Shown: positions 25,101 to 38,297 of the stretch, piece after piece
Layout: every line of letters begins with the position of its first letter
How positions within the stretch are numbered: the stretch's first letter is position 1
NCBI RefSeq assembly: GCF_000143415.4
Contig: NW_003314403.1
Span: 128,316 to 192,315, forward strand
DNA: 64,000 nucleotides
Origin: Selaginella moellendorffii
Taxonomy: Eukaryota > Plantae > Lycopodiophyta
Direction of reading: 5' to 3'
Position numbers and translations under genes: made by a program
The notes under the pieces: generated by a model
The model's database searches: none
Seen by the model: the letters and a program-made list of their open reading frames with translations, nothing else
What the model was told of the DNA's origin: nothing

Positions 25101-25660
25101 TACGTGTCTTTTGGAGGTGCAAACCTGGTGAGCGAGTTTCACTCCAAAGTCAAATATCGAACACTGAATCCAGTATGGGATCCTGCGAAGGTAGCTCTTC
25201 CTCTAGCTGATTCTTTCAATGACTACAACTCGTATTTGCATCTGCCAAGGACCTGCCTAAGCTAGTTGTCACTGCAAGCTCCCTTCACCGGCTGGAGCAC
25301 GAATATTTGATGTGCCATGTTCTTGACTATGACTTCACTTCGGCTAACGACACTCTTGGTAAGGCCAGCCCCGTCCCATTCTTCAGGATGATTGGATAGC
25401 ATTCTTTAGGATTCGGAGCAATTCCGCTCAATGGTGTCGTTGCTGCATTCAAGCGAAGTCCGGACGAAGTTGCTCAGTTTAAGATCGAGCTGCTGCACCG
25501 CGGCCTTCCCGCTGGCATCCTCAAAGGTGGGATGAAGCTAACGTGGGAGAAGAGCTTGGTCAAGCAAAAAACTTCTCTCGCCGATAGCTTGATTGTGCGG
25601 ACTTTGACACTACGGAAGAGTTTCAAGAAGACGTTCTTCGCTAGAGAACACTTCCAGTGA
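22149..25660 (+). CDS. Inositol polyphosphate 5-phosphatase with C-terminal C2 domain, many exons
   Basis: VFLGTWNVGN, ANKGAV, FVNSHLAAH, VFWMGDLNYRLD, PAWCDRIL, SDHKPV. C2 motifs SDINGFSDPYV, TLNPVW, VLDYDFTSANDTLG. Confidence 0.88.
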
Positions 25661-25890
25661 GCCATGGACGACGGGTGGGTTGGATCTTCTTTTTCATTCA
25701 TTTGGTATGATCTGTTTTAATCGTTAATGTTGTGTTTCTAGGCTTTACGAGGTAGTTACTGTAAAGGGTCTCATTTTCTTGGCGTGGCCTGGCGTCTTCT
25801 GCGCGACAACGAGCAAGGTATGGCGACATTCCTCCAACCCATCTAGCTAGTTTGATCTCTCCTCTTTTTTATTTTCTTCAGTTAGTAGTG

Positions 25891-26910
25891 ATGGATGAAT
25901 CTCCTCCCGAGTCGTCGTCCCGGGTAATCAAGCTCAAGGGGCTGTTCGGGCTTTTGATCGACACCCAAGACGAGACAGTGATCCGGCCCTCGACGATGCC
26001 GTTCCCTCACCTCCAAGCCAATCCCAACTTTGTGGATGGCGTAGCTTCCAGGGACGTGGTCATAAGCGACAGTCCCTCCATCTGGGCCCGGGTGTTCCTC
26101 CCCGAGAAGGCCAGCCTCGTCCGCGATGACAAAGCTTTCAAGAAAGTCCCAGTGATCCTCTACTTCCACGGCGGTGCCTTTGTGATCCTCAGCCCCGACA
26201 TCTCTTTCTACCACCAGTACTGCGAGAAGATCGCCAGAAAGACAAATGCGGTGGTGGTGTCGGTGGACTACAGGCTGATCCCAGAGAATCGTCTTCCTGC
26301 TGCGTACGACGACGCCTTTACGGCTCTGAGCTGGTTGAAGACTCAGGCCACCGCTGCAAACGAGCTCGTCGACCCGTGGCTGGCGACGTACGCGGACTTC
26401 GGCAAGATCTTCCTTATGGGCGACAGTGCCGGAGCCAACATCGTCCACCATCTTTCAGTGCGAGCTTCTTCGAGTGACTTGGAGCCGCTGGCGATCAGAG
26501 GACAGATTTTGGTGCAGCCGATGACGGGGGGCCCGGACAGGCTGCGCTCGGAGGTTGTGGGTGCTAAGAACGGATCATTCTCCTTCCAGACCAACGACTG
26601 GTTGTGGAGACTGGCTCTTCCCAAAGGCTCCGACATGTCTCATCCGTATTGCAATCTCCCGGCGGCTGTTATGGAGCTGGCAAAGGTTCCTCTGCCTCCG
26701 GCTCTGGTGGTGTTGGGAGGAGTAGACTGGATGCACGACAGGCAGTTTGAGTACGTCGCTTCGTTGAGGAAGACCAAAAAGGAGGTGGAGCTTCTCGACT
26801 ATGAGAAAGCTAAGCATGGCTTCTTCATCTACGATACCGAGGAGACAGGCAATTTCCTTCGAGCACTGGCTGGCTTCGTCACCAAGCGCTCCAGGGAGGC
26901 TAGAGCATGA
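25891..26910 (+). CDS. Carboxylesterase (CXE/HSL, GID1-related alpha/beta hydrolase), single exon
   Basis: YFHGGAF, SVDYRLIPENRLPAAYDD, GDSAGAN, D...HGF; catalytic triad intact. Confidence 0.93.
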   Translation: MDESPPESSSRVIKLKGLFGLLIDTQDETVIRPSTMPFPHLQANPNFVDGVASRDVVISDSPSIWARVFLPEKASLVRDDKAFKKVPVILYFHGGAFVILSPDISFYHQYCEKIARKTNAVVVSVDYRLIPENRLPAAYDDAFTALSWLKTQATAANELVDPWLATYADFGKIFLMGDSAGANIVHHLSVRASSSDLEPLAIRGQILVQPMTGGPDRLRSEVVGAKNGSFSFQTNDWLWRLALPKGSDMSHPYCNLPAAVMELAKVPLPPALVVLGGVDWMHDRQFEYVASLRKTKKEVELLDYEKAKHGFFIYDTEETGNFLRALAGFVTKRSREARA

Positions 26911-26969
26911 GTTTAAAGTTTACCAGTTAGATAGAAGCGAGTTACCTCCCTTTTTTTTCAATCTTCCTT

Positions 26970-28394
<1,425 letters not shown>

Positions 28395-29045
28395 CCAAAA
28401 ACCCTAAGCCCTAAACTTCTTGCCATGGTATCTTATCCCACGGATATTCGTATCGCCTTAAGCAGAGAAGCCCTAAATTCGCCATAGCCAAGGGTTTGCG
28501 AGCGAGCACAGCAGGTAAGATCGCTCTACGATAGCAAAATCCAACCTTTTTCTTGTGGCAGCGCTGTTGTTGAGCGATTTCGTCCGCCGCGCCTCTCGAC
28601 TTCTTCTTTTTTCGATTTTCCTGCCACTGCCGAAGGATTGAAAGGGTACTGTGCATCGTGTTTTTCATCTTTGCCGTGCCTGCGGCTTTGATTGCATCGT
28701 CATTTTTCGAGTCATTCAAGCTGGTTCCTCACAGCAAAGGGGATTTTGTTTTCCATCTGAGATATGTGTCATTTTTGAGTGCCTGCCATGCGCACTTGTG
28801 CGTCGTTTCCTCGCCATGGTTTTTACCTCGCCCCTGTGGTCTGGCTTGAATTGCCTGGTCCTTCCCGGGTCCGGTGTAGAGGGCGGTTAAGTCTGTGTGA
28901 AACTCGCAGCCATTTTGGCTACTGCTGCTCTCGATACTCCAGAGACAAAGGCGGAGGCTGGTATCATTTAGTTAAGGGAAGCTAGCTTGTAGTTTTTTCG
29001 TTTTTTCTTGTTCTTCGTGTTTCTGGTGACCACCGAAAGCGTGAG

Positions 29046-29974
29046 ATGGACTGCTCAATGGCAAGCTCTGCTGCTGCTGTTGCTGATGAAGCCGGAAGAC
29101 TGGAAGACATTGAAGCTGTAACGGCCCAACTCTGGTCCGTGAAAGTTGCCGACTTCTCGGAGTTTGTTATGGAACGTCCCGAGGCCGCCTGCAATGAAGA
29201 GAAGATTGAGGCCGCCTGCAAGATTGCTGCCGAAGGCTCGTCTGCCTTGAAGCATGGTTTTTCGCCGTCGTGGCTCTGTGCAATCTGTCTGGAGAAGATA
29301 CGAGTGGAAGACACGGCACAAATCAAAGGCTGCGACCATGCTTACTGGTACTTCATGCATGCATTTTGATACAACGCTAATTATCCTAGCTCTTCTTCTT
29401 TTCTGTTTCCAGTGCGAACTGCATCCTGAGATGGGCTTCCTACAAGGAAAGTCCATGGTGTCCTCAGTGCAAGCTTCCATTTTCTTCTTTGTTTGTCTGC
29501 AAGACACTTGATGGAAGGTACGGTTTGTGATTTTCCTTTTCATGGTTTTCATGGTATACTTTCGTCTGTCACAGGATGAGTGACTTCATGGTTGAAGAGA
29601 GCGTTTGTCTTCTGCTGAGGTCCACCTGGTTCAAGCCTCTCCCTCCTGCAGCCGCTCAAGAGCCAGAAGACGTTGAGGATTACCAGGACGAGGATGAGCT
29701 TTACGAAGAAGAGTATTACTACACTTCGAACGTCCGGCTGGGTAACAGGCGGTGGGGTGACAGTGGCTATGTTCGTGGTGGGAGAAAGGAAGCACGCCCA
29801 GTAAGCGTTCGTCAGGTGACAGCCGGTGAAGGAAGTGCTTCAGGCGGTGGCAAGGGAAAAGACGTTGTGAAAGAAAGCGTGAGCGTTGGACGACGAGCGA
29901 AACGGGCTCAGAAGCGTGTGGAAGCTGAGCTCAAGCTCAAGCAGAAGGATTGCAGCGACAGCACGCTCGTCTAG
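29046..29974 (+). CDS. C3HC4 RING finger protein, 3 coding exons
   Basis: CAICLEKI...GCDHAYC..CILRWA...WCPQCK, then SDFMVEESVCLLLRSTWF and LGNRRWGDSGYV. Confidence 0.9.
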
Positions 29975-29984
29975 TGTCAATCAA

Positions 29985-30164
29985 GGTATGGATTCGTAGG
30001 ATTTTGTTTCTAGAGTTTCTAATACTCGATTCTTCCTTTCTCAGAGACGGCACAGGAATAAGATCCGATCCAGGTATGGATTTGTGGTTTCTTCATAGGA
30101 TTTCTTTTCTAGAGTTTCTAATGCTCGATTCTTCCGTTCTCAGGGACGGCACAGGAATAAGATC
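29985..30164 (+). repeat. Tandem duplication of a 3'-UTR intron-plus-exon unit (~85-90 bp x2)
   Basis: gtatggatt...tttctagagtttctaat.ctcgattcttcc.ttctcag.gacggcacaggaataagatcc occurs twice. Confidence 0.85.
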
Positions 30165-32205
30165 CACTCAGAAGCTTTTTGGCTGGAAGTCTAAAGGTTC
30201 CTCTTTACGATACAATAGAAAACAAGCTTGTGGTATTAGTTTTTCCTCGTTTTATATTTGTGGCAAGTGAAAGGTCAGGGGTTTCTATTCGAGAGCTTTC
30301 CACCATCCGCCCGCCACCATTGCAAGTGCTTTGCTTTTTGTTTTGTTTTGTTTCGTTGGCTTGCAGTGGACAGGAAGAGTCCATCAATCAATCAATCAAT
30401 CAATCAGAGTAAATCAATCACAAGCAGAATTGCTCGCTCACTTTCAGCAAGGGGTGGCGGAAGTTTTTTGTTTTGGGCGAACACACCACCTTCTGCTTAA
30501 ACACTTCGATGTGTACTACGGCTCCTGTGCTGAGGAGACCACGGCCCAATGGGCATTACTGGCCATGGAATCCAAGCTCGGTACGGTGCTGGGGTTTATT
30601 TGTCCCCAAGAGAGAGGGAAGGGGGTAAATAAACGTGACCAGTGACAAGTGGTGTCTCACTGCCGGGTAAACTCTCAACAAAGCTGCCCGTCACACAGCC
30701 GACCATCACACACTACTTGAATGCCCGTGCCCCAGTGACGGCTACGTACGCTAAAGCTGAAGTTTTTACCGCCCGCATTAACTCTAGTTGACCGCGCCAC
30801 GTAGGCGCGGTGACAAGAGGTTTTTACCTCGTCGTCTCTATCGCAGGAAATCTTTCTTTTGCCCTTATAGCGGTGAAGGGTCGTCACGCGCCAAATGCCC
30901 CATTTGTTTTCGCGGCGGGCATGGTGATGATCCAGATCGACCAGGCGACGCAGCCACGGCGCGCTCCATCTCTCTCCGGCATTGGCATCGATTTCGAGCA
31001 AGGTTCTCTGTAGCGATGGATTTCTCTTGGGCCTTTCTTTCTAGAGAGTCGGTAGATAGCGTCGCATCGCATTGCAGCTCTTGCCGGGGAGAATTCGCTG
31101 AGGCTGCTGCTGCTGCTGCTGCTTGTCGATTCGATTCTTTGTCTGTGAGAGAGGTGAAATATTGGCTTGTTTGTTAGGGAAGGGGTGCGTGTGTTTAGTT
31201 TCGGTTCGTTGTCAAGCTGTTAGAGATTTTTGGCTGCTACGCTTGCATGTTTTTCCGTGATCCTTGATTGCGTGGTCGGTCGCTCTCGAGAGTTTTCGCT
31301 ATCCCTTCATCATAGTGAATGAGCTCTGCCGCACCTGGAGCTTCTTGTTTTGGGTCAATTTCTACACCTTTCCTTTTCTCGCTCAGAGGTTTTTGTCTTC
31401 CATCGCCTTTAGTCTCCGTTGCTCCCCTCCTTGACGTCGTTTTTAGTTCGTTTGTTCGTTCGTTGCTTCGCCTGCGAGCAGAGGAAGGACCACTTTGATT
31501 CTTCTTAATTGCACAAACATCATCCTGCCTGGGTTTGTTTTTTGTGCTGGTCGCGAATCAGCGGCAGCATGCCGACGATTGATTCTCTCCGCAGAGTTGA
31601 GTGAGAGCTGAGCTGCGTCTAGCTTTTTCTTCCAACTTATAAGTAAGCAGGATAGCTCTCACTTCACACGAACAGAGCTTGTGCTTGACATTATGGAAGC
31701 GAGAGCTGTCTTTCTTGTCTTGTTTGATTCGAGCTGAGAGCTTATCATTCTTTCTCCTTGAGTGTTTTTTCTTTATCTTTTTGCTTGTTTGTTTGTGTGT
31801 GTTCTTCCAGCCGCGTAGAACTCGCGAGCTCTGAGCGCTACTGCCACTGCTACTGTTGCTCCTAAGTCATTTCAGTGCATCTCTGTTGCCTGGCCAGAAA
31901 CGCAAATCATATCCGCTAAGGGAGTTGTAGCTAGCTGTCACTACACTTCTCTATATTAATTCTGGCTCTCTCTCTCTGGCTTAGCTCCTCTGGCCCTGCC
32001 ACTGGCTGGCTGGATGGTTTCTTGCTGGGAGGCAGTTTCATCAGCTCATATCTTTTTCTACGACAATGGCGACGATCGAGGTCACGAGCAACCGCAGCAG
32101 CAGCAGCAGCATATTGCCTTGGTGATCTCCGGCGAGCACAGTTTTTGAGAGCTGCTGCTGCTGCCATTCCTTCCAGCTGAGAAGCTCGATCGAGCTGAGC
32201 CGAAG

Positions 32206-33720
32206 ATGGAGCTGCTGACTTACATGGGATCGCTGCTGGGACTCTTGGCATTCCTCCAGGGGGTGATGCCTCCGGAATTCAGATACATGCTCAGCAAGTG
32301 TGGCCGCTTCCTCTTCGAGTACCTCTCCTTCTACAACTACTTCGACATATACGAGTTCGACGGCATGAACTCGAACGAGCTCTACAGCTGCGTCCAGTTG
32401 CACCTCAGCTCCTCCGCCTCCACCGCAGCTCACCGCGCGACGCTCTCCCGTCCCAAAAACTCCAACAAGATCACCTTCGGGCTGGCCAGGAGCGAGAGCG
32501 TCACGGAAACTTTCCGCGGCGCTCAGGTGATGTGGCAGCACATTATCACGGAGCGCCCCGCGCAGTTTAGCCTCTGGGAGCGCAGCCCCGACGAGCGCAG
32601 ATACTACTCTCTCAAGATCAAGAAGCAGGACCGGGAGCGAGTGCTGTCAGCTTATCTCGAACACATCATCGAGCACGCCAAGGAGCTCCAGCACGGAAAC
32701 CGGGACAAGCTGCTCTACACCAACGCCAAGAACTCGTACAACTTCCACCGCCAGCCGTGGGAGAGCGTGCCTTTCAAGCACCCCTCGACGTTCTCGACGC
32801 TGGCCATGGACCCCGTGAAGAAGCAGGAGATCATGGAGGACCTGACTGAGTTCATGAAGGGCGAGCACTTCTACCAGCGCGTTGGTCGAGCCTGGAAGCG
32901 GGGATATCTTCTCTACGGGCCGCCGGGGACGGGCAAGTCGAGCATGATCGCGGCCATTGCAAACTTCACGGGATACGACGTCTACGACATGGAGCTGACC
33001 GAGGTGGCGAGCAACGCCGACTTGCGGAAGCTGCTCATCAAGACGACCAACAGGTCAATTATCGTGATCGAGGACATCGACTGCTCCCTCAACTTGTCCG
33101 ATCGCAAGAAGCTCAAGGAGAAGAAGATTGGAGAGCCGCCGCCGTCGCTCATGCCCGCCAAGATGGACGACGAGCCCAGCCGGGTTACTCTCTCCGGACT
33201 GCTCAACTTCACGGATGGCCTGTGGTCTTGCTGCGGGAGCGAGCGGATCATCATCTTCACGACCAACCACATCGACAAGCTGGATCCGGCGCTGCTCCGC
33301 TCGGGTCGGATGGACATGCACATCTTCATGTCCCACTGCACCTTCCCGGCGCTCAAGATCTTGGCGACCAACTATCTGGGAATTCGTGATCACGAGCTCT
33401 ACGATGATCTGGAGCTGGTGCTCGAGGAGGCCAAGGTGACGCCGGCGGAGGTGAGCGAGATCCTGATCAAGAAGAAGAAGTTCCCGACCGATGCTTTGGA
33501 GAGTTTGCTGGAGACTCTGCGAGCTGCGAGGGACGTGAAGCGGAAGGAGATGACTCTACCAGATGAAGCGCTCGACGAGCAGCAGCAGCAGCAGCAAAAC
33601 CATGTGGCGATGGATTTCAAGGATAGTTTCAAGGCGCCGGCTGACAAGATCGAGCAACAATGCAACAACGCTGCTTTTCAACCGGACAAAAGCTCTCCTC
33701 CTTGCGTCGCCATTAGTTAA
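32206..33720 (+). CDS. BCS1-clade AAA-ATPase (AATP1/OM66-like), single exon
   Basis: FKHPSTFSTLAMD, WKRGYLLYGPPGTGKSS, IEDIDCS, TLSGLLNFTDGLWS, LDPALLRSGRMD. Confidence 0.96.
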   Translation: MELLTYMGSLLGLLAFLQGVMPPEFRYMLSKCGRFLFEYLSFYNYFDIYEFDGMNSNELYSCVQLHLSSSASTAAHRATLSRPKNSNKITFGLARSESVTETFRGAQVMWQHIITERPAQFSLWERSPDERRYYSLKIKKQDRERVLSAYLEHIIEHAKELQHGNRDKLLYTNAKNSYNFHRQPWESVPFKHPSTFSTLAMDPVKKQEIMEDLTEFMKGEHFYQRVGRAWKRGYLLYGPPGTGKSSMIAAIANFTGYDVYDMELTEVASNADLRKLLIKTTNRSIIVIEDIDCSLNLSDRKKLKEKKIGEPPPSLMPAKMDDEPSRVTLSGLLNFTDGLWSCCGSERIIIFTTNHIDKLDPALLRSGRMDMHIFMSHCTFPALKILATNYLGIRDHELYDDLELVLEEAKVTPAEVSEILIKKKKFPTDALESLLETLRAARDVKRKEMTLPDEALDEQQQQQQNHVAMDFKDSFKAPADKIEQQCNNAAFQPDKSSPPCVAIS

Positions 33721-33998
33721 AAGGTTTGATTTGATTCTTCTCGTGATTTTGTGCCCATTCTTACATGACTTTTATCCAGTTCCAACTCCACAGGAACTGT
33801 TCTCGAAGAACACGAGAATCCATCTCCATCGTTGCGGATGAACGGCCCAGATGTATCCACATGTTTTTGAAGAGTTTAAAAAAGTTACGGTCAAGATTTG
33901 TCCTCAACGTCCAAACTGTCTGTTGTCTCTCCTAAAAGCTTTCTAGTTTCTTCTTTCTTTGCCTCGCAGTGTGTGTTGTTTTAGGGTTCCATTCGGCG

Positions 33999-35825
33999 AT
34001 GGCGGCCTTCTTCACGCTCCCGGAGCTTCGATCGGAGCTACACGCTCTCGGCCACGACGATGTTCCCGATCATGTCATTCTCGCATTCTTGTCGCAGCTC
34101 CAGATCACTGTCCCCAATTGCTTCAAGAGCGAAGATCGCAGCCCTTCCGATCCCTCCCGGCCGGCATCGAGCTATCTTGATCAGGATTTCGATGAGGACG
34201 TCCCCAAGAACACTCGGGATAGCTCTCCTTGGGAGCTAGAAGGTATGAATCAGCAGCACAGGTTCTCGCATCGCAATGTTAGATTCGAGGACAGCCGGGA
34301 ACTCCAACTCCAGGAGCAGCTCCTTGCGAAATCCAGCAGCGCCTCTTCTTCCAGGCCGAGCACTCCGCCTCGTTGCAATGTGGGCCTCTTGGCCTCGGAC
34401 TCCGACTCCAGCAAGGAGAATCGAGAGATTTCTCACAGGGATCACGCCTCGCAAGCACAGCAAATTGGTGGTGGATCGTCGCGGCATGTTCTTCAGCCGT
34501 GCGACAATGTGGTATCGTCCACGTTTGACTTTGCGTCCAAGGCCTCTCCGGTGGTGGACGAGTACTTGTATCCTGGGGAGATCTTAGAACAGCTCAAGGA
34601 GCGCCAGAGGCCTGTATCGTGTCCAGTGCTGCAGCAGGAACCATCCGAAGATCTTTTTTCGGATCGTGACCGAGTAAGATCTTTGTCGGCGAGACACTAC
34701 CGAGAGCGTGACGATTACCAGCATGATCGCCACCACCACCGTCATCGCTACCAGGAGGAGAGCTCGGACTACAGCTCAAGTCATCGGAATTCCAAAGGTG
34801 GTGGTGGTTCCCGTAGAGTTTACCATGAAGAGAGCTCGGAATATAGCTCGAGCAAACGTGCCAGTGGCAAAGATGGGAGCGCGTCGGAGGTCGACCACTC
34901 GATAAGTTCGCTGGAAGTTGAGGAAGCTATTGAGAACTTTGGGATCAATCTCAAGCCTCTCAACCTGGGGGTTGTCAGATCGCACAATCTGTTTCATCCA
35001 AGAGCATCCAAGCTTCCAGCCGCTGCTCCAGTCTCTGAGGATGATTGCTTTGCCAGGACTGTCACTGAGTCTCATGCAGGTAGTATTGTTGGTTCCTCTT
35101 TTATTTCAGTTGCTTATAGCGCTTGCAAACATGTAGCAACGGAAGAGAGACCTTTGTCTGGAGGCACCAATCGATCAAACTGCGCTGCTTGCCAGCTCTT
35201 GCGAGACTCGGGAACGCCAGAGTTCAGGCATTTCTCCATGAAGAAGCACGAGACAGATGGTGAAGACTCAATCAATTCTACTCCACGCACATTTATCGAA
35301 AGAGTGTCAGACGATAGAATTCAAAAGAGCCCGAGCCCTGCATTCCGTGAGTCTATTTTTTAATTCTTAGGCAGGTTTCACCACCCTCGTGATTTTCCGT
35401 GTCTGCAGAGCGTCGTGCAAGTGACATAAAGAGCCATTCTCCTTGCCTTTCAGATGGATCGTTTGGTGCTGCCAGCAAGAAGGCGGTTGTCCGGCGAGGG
35501 AAGATTGACCGTGTGGCCAGGTTGGTTGTAGTGTTTCATTTTCTTTTCTCTTAAAAACTCACTGACTGGTCTTGTCAAGGTTTGCTGAGATGCAAAAAGT
35601 GTGGAACAAAGATCATTTCTTGCGAGCTACAAGTGGAAAGCGCAAGACGCAAAGCTTCCACCGCATGTTTGCGGAAATCCACGCATCTAATGAGAGACTG
35701 TATGCAGCATCTAGAGCAAGGTAGACGGCAGCCTTTTTGTTTTGCTCACTCAACATTTTATTTGCAGATCTGTGATGGGAGTGCGGGAAGAACAGGATGT
35801 CCAACCATTCGTTCTGACTACATAA
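33999..35825 (+). CDS. HYLS1: HYLS1-like centriole/ciliogenesis protein (end at 35724 if the last intron is not used)
   Basis: N-terminal ELRSELHALGHDDVPDHVILAFL, long disordered middle, C-terminal GKIDRVARFAEMQKVWNKDHFL box. Confidence 0.65.
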
Positions 35826-35974
35826 AAATATTCATGCGTAAAGAAACGCACATTTGTCTAAAGGTAAAACAAATAGAAATGTATTCGTTGATTGCATCAG
35901 AGACTCGTTTTCTTCTCCTTTTTTTTTTCGTTTTTACGTTTTTATTTTTCTTTCCCGCCACAACCCTAACAGGG

Positions 35975-38073
35975 ATGGAGGCAACCAACTCTGACGAAGT
36001 TCACTTCAGTACAGGCAAGCCTCGTGATTTTTTATGTGATCAGGCGTGTAACCGTGATGCTGTGTCCTGACAGCGCCTCCGAAACGAAGAATTCAGTTGC
36101 CGGACGGTGAGATTTGTTTCAGCAACTTGTGCATAGAGAAAACCTCTTCGTGCTTGCAGTTCACGACTATGGATCAACTACCGAAGGCTTAGGTGAACGG
36201 TTGCAACGGAGCTTTTATTCGCCTAGAACACATACTGTGAACAAGCTACTACGGCTTGTTGACACAGTAGGGACTGTCCAGATGCGAGCACCTCCACAGA
36301 GTGGGAAAACTTCTCTGCTTCAGCTCGCGGACGCGGCGGCAAGACGTTCACCGCGTTGGAAACACGTCTACTTCATCAGCTTGGCTTCAATCCATTTAAA
36401 CTTCGACGAGCAGTTCGTGGCCAAGTACTCAAGTATGTCAGTGATTTTTTCGTCAGCTACGACCACTAACGTGCTTTAGTTCCTAGAGGGGGCCTTCAAC
36501 GATCTTTTCGAGCCTGGCGGCCCGAAAAGGCTGCTCATCGTCGACGAAGCCGACGGCTCTTATGCCGACGAAATGCCGCTTTGGAACGTTATAAGGTCGA
36601 CGCAAGAGGAATATCGCAATAAGGAACGAGATACAACATGGATTCCCAACCTCAAAATTATCATCTCGTCGGGATTCGGAGCAGAGACAGTTTTCATGGC
36701 AAAGTCGGCTCCTGGAAAATGGAATGACGAGAACCGAGTACTTTTAAGGTAAAAATTTCTTATCTTTTTCGAAAAGTTAATCTAACAGGCATATCTCCAG
36801 CCAGACCTGCAGGCTCCCATGGAGTCGCTATACAGCTCAGTGATTTGGAAGCCATAGAAGTTTGGACAGGCTGGCTTGCACATAATGGCCTCCCGCAGTT
36901 GAGTGACGGACTCCGGGATTATGTTTTTCGAATGACAGACAAGCAACCGGGAGTCCTTGCACATGTCCTCGAGTTGCTCGAGTCCAGGGGTGCTGGAACG
37001 AGGCATCCATATGCAGTAGAAGACCAGTTGTGGTCCAAGTTCTCCAAGCCTGAGTTTCTATCTGGCTTGTCTGAGCTGCGGAGCATATGCATGTAAGCGC
37101 AGCTCTCCTCTCCTCTCCTCTCTTTTTTTTTTTGCTTTTTTTTGGAAGCTGAGCTCTTTTGTAGATTCCACCACCTCGTTCACGAAGCTCCTTATCACGC
37201 TGTTGCTATGAAGCTCCTCAATTTTGACAAGGTAACGTTAGACATATGTTTGTTTGTGTGTCAATGACAAAACTTAGTTATTGTCAGGTTCCCGATTCTA
37301 TTGTCCGGAACGAGGAACGGGGGCCAATGTACAATATGGTCCTCAGGGGACAAGCGATAAAAAGCGACGACGGATACTACAGTATGATATCCCTAGCACA
37401 CGATTACTTCTACAAGAAGCACCTATACAAGCGTGGCTGGTCGGCGAGACGGATCGACCACATGGGAATCAAAAAATTTATGCGGAGGCTGTTGAAGCAA
37501 ATCAATCCGGCGGTGCTTCGAAACTGCTCTGGAGATGCATTGGAAAAGATACAAGTGGGGATACACCGGTAATCTTTACTTTTCTTCGTTTTTATGACAA
37601 ATGTCGTAGACCTTGTGTGCAGTGCATTGTGCGCGGTATTGACACAGCCCCTTTGGCCAAACATTGATCTCGGTCCTCGGCTTGAAGGGCGTGGCTTGCA
37701 CGAGTTCTACGTTCAAGACATAGGCTGGCTGATCGAACTGGAGACCGAGGTGTTGCGGAAGAGGGATCTGAATGCTAAAGTTATGGAGGGCGAGAGGTAC
37801 CACAGCATGCGCAAGAAAAAACAGCTCAAAGCCTACGTCTTTATCGACGTGACCAAGGAGATGGTGGTGACAGTCTACCGCGACTTTGCAAAAGAGTTTG
37901 GAAAGAGGTTTGGAGCAAAGTTTGTGGCCGTGCTGTTCTCGGACGATTTCGAGTCTGCCACTCTGTTTCCGGACGAGATCACGGTTCCGTTCTGCGGGCA
38001 CAAGACGGACGCCAAGGCCGACACGAGGCAGCGAAAGAAAATCGAGAAAAAGGACAAGTGCTGCCATCAATAA
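35975..38073 (+). CDS. Crinkler/RHS-type P-loop NTPase plus REase-fold protein; can be spliced without stops
   Basis: SPRTHTV, Walker A RAPPQSGKTSLLQL, Walker B LLIVDEAD, LWNVIR, IISSGFG. C-terminal HEFYVQDIGWLIELETE...GERY...YVFIDV...VLFSDDFESA. Open frame using introns including GC-AG 36015, 36749-36804 and 37569-37622. Confidence 0.72.
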
Positions 38074-38297
38074 GATGAGAGAAAGTTTGATTGTGCGATG
38101 AATGAAGAAGGGACAGAAGAGAAAACAATATCTATCAGTGGTTTTTCTGCAACAATGGATGCTAAGCATAACGCCAACTTGATCTCTGCAGCTAAGCATG
38201 ACCGCCAGCACATGAACTTTCGAGCGTTTCTATCTTGTTCTTTGTTGGCGACTGATTCGATTTCTTTATTGATAATACTAACTATATCATATGGTTT

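Noticed and set aside
25891-26910. GID1 gibberellin receptor
   Set aside because: It keeps the catalytic His (HGF) and lacks the GID1 N-terminal lid motif; better called CXE.
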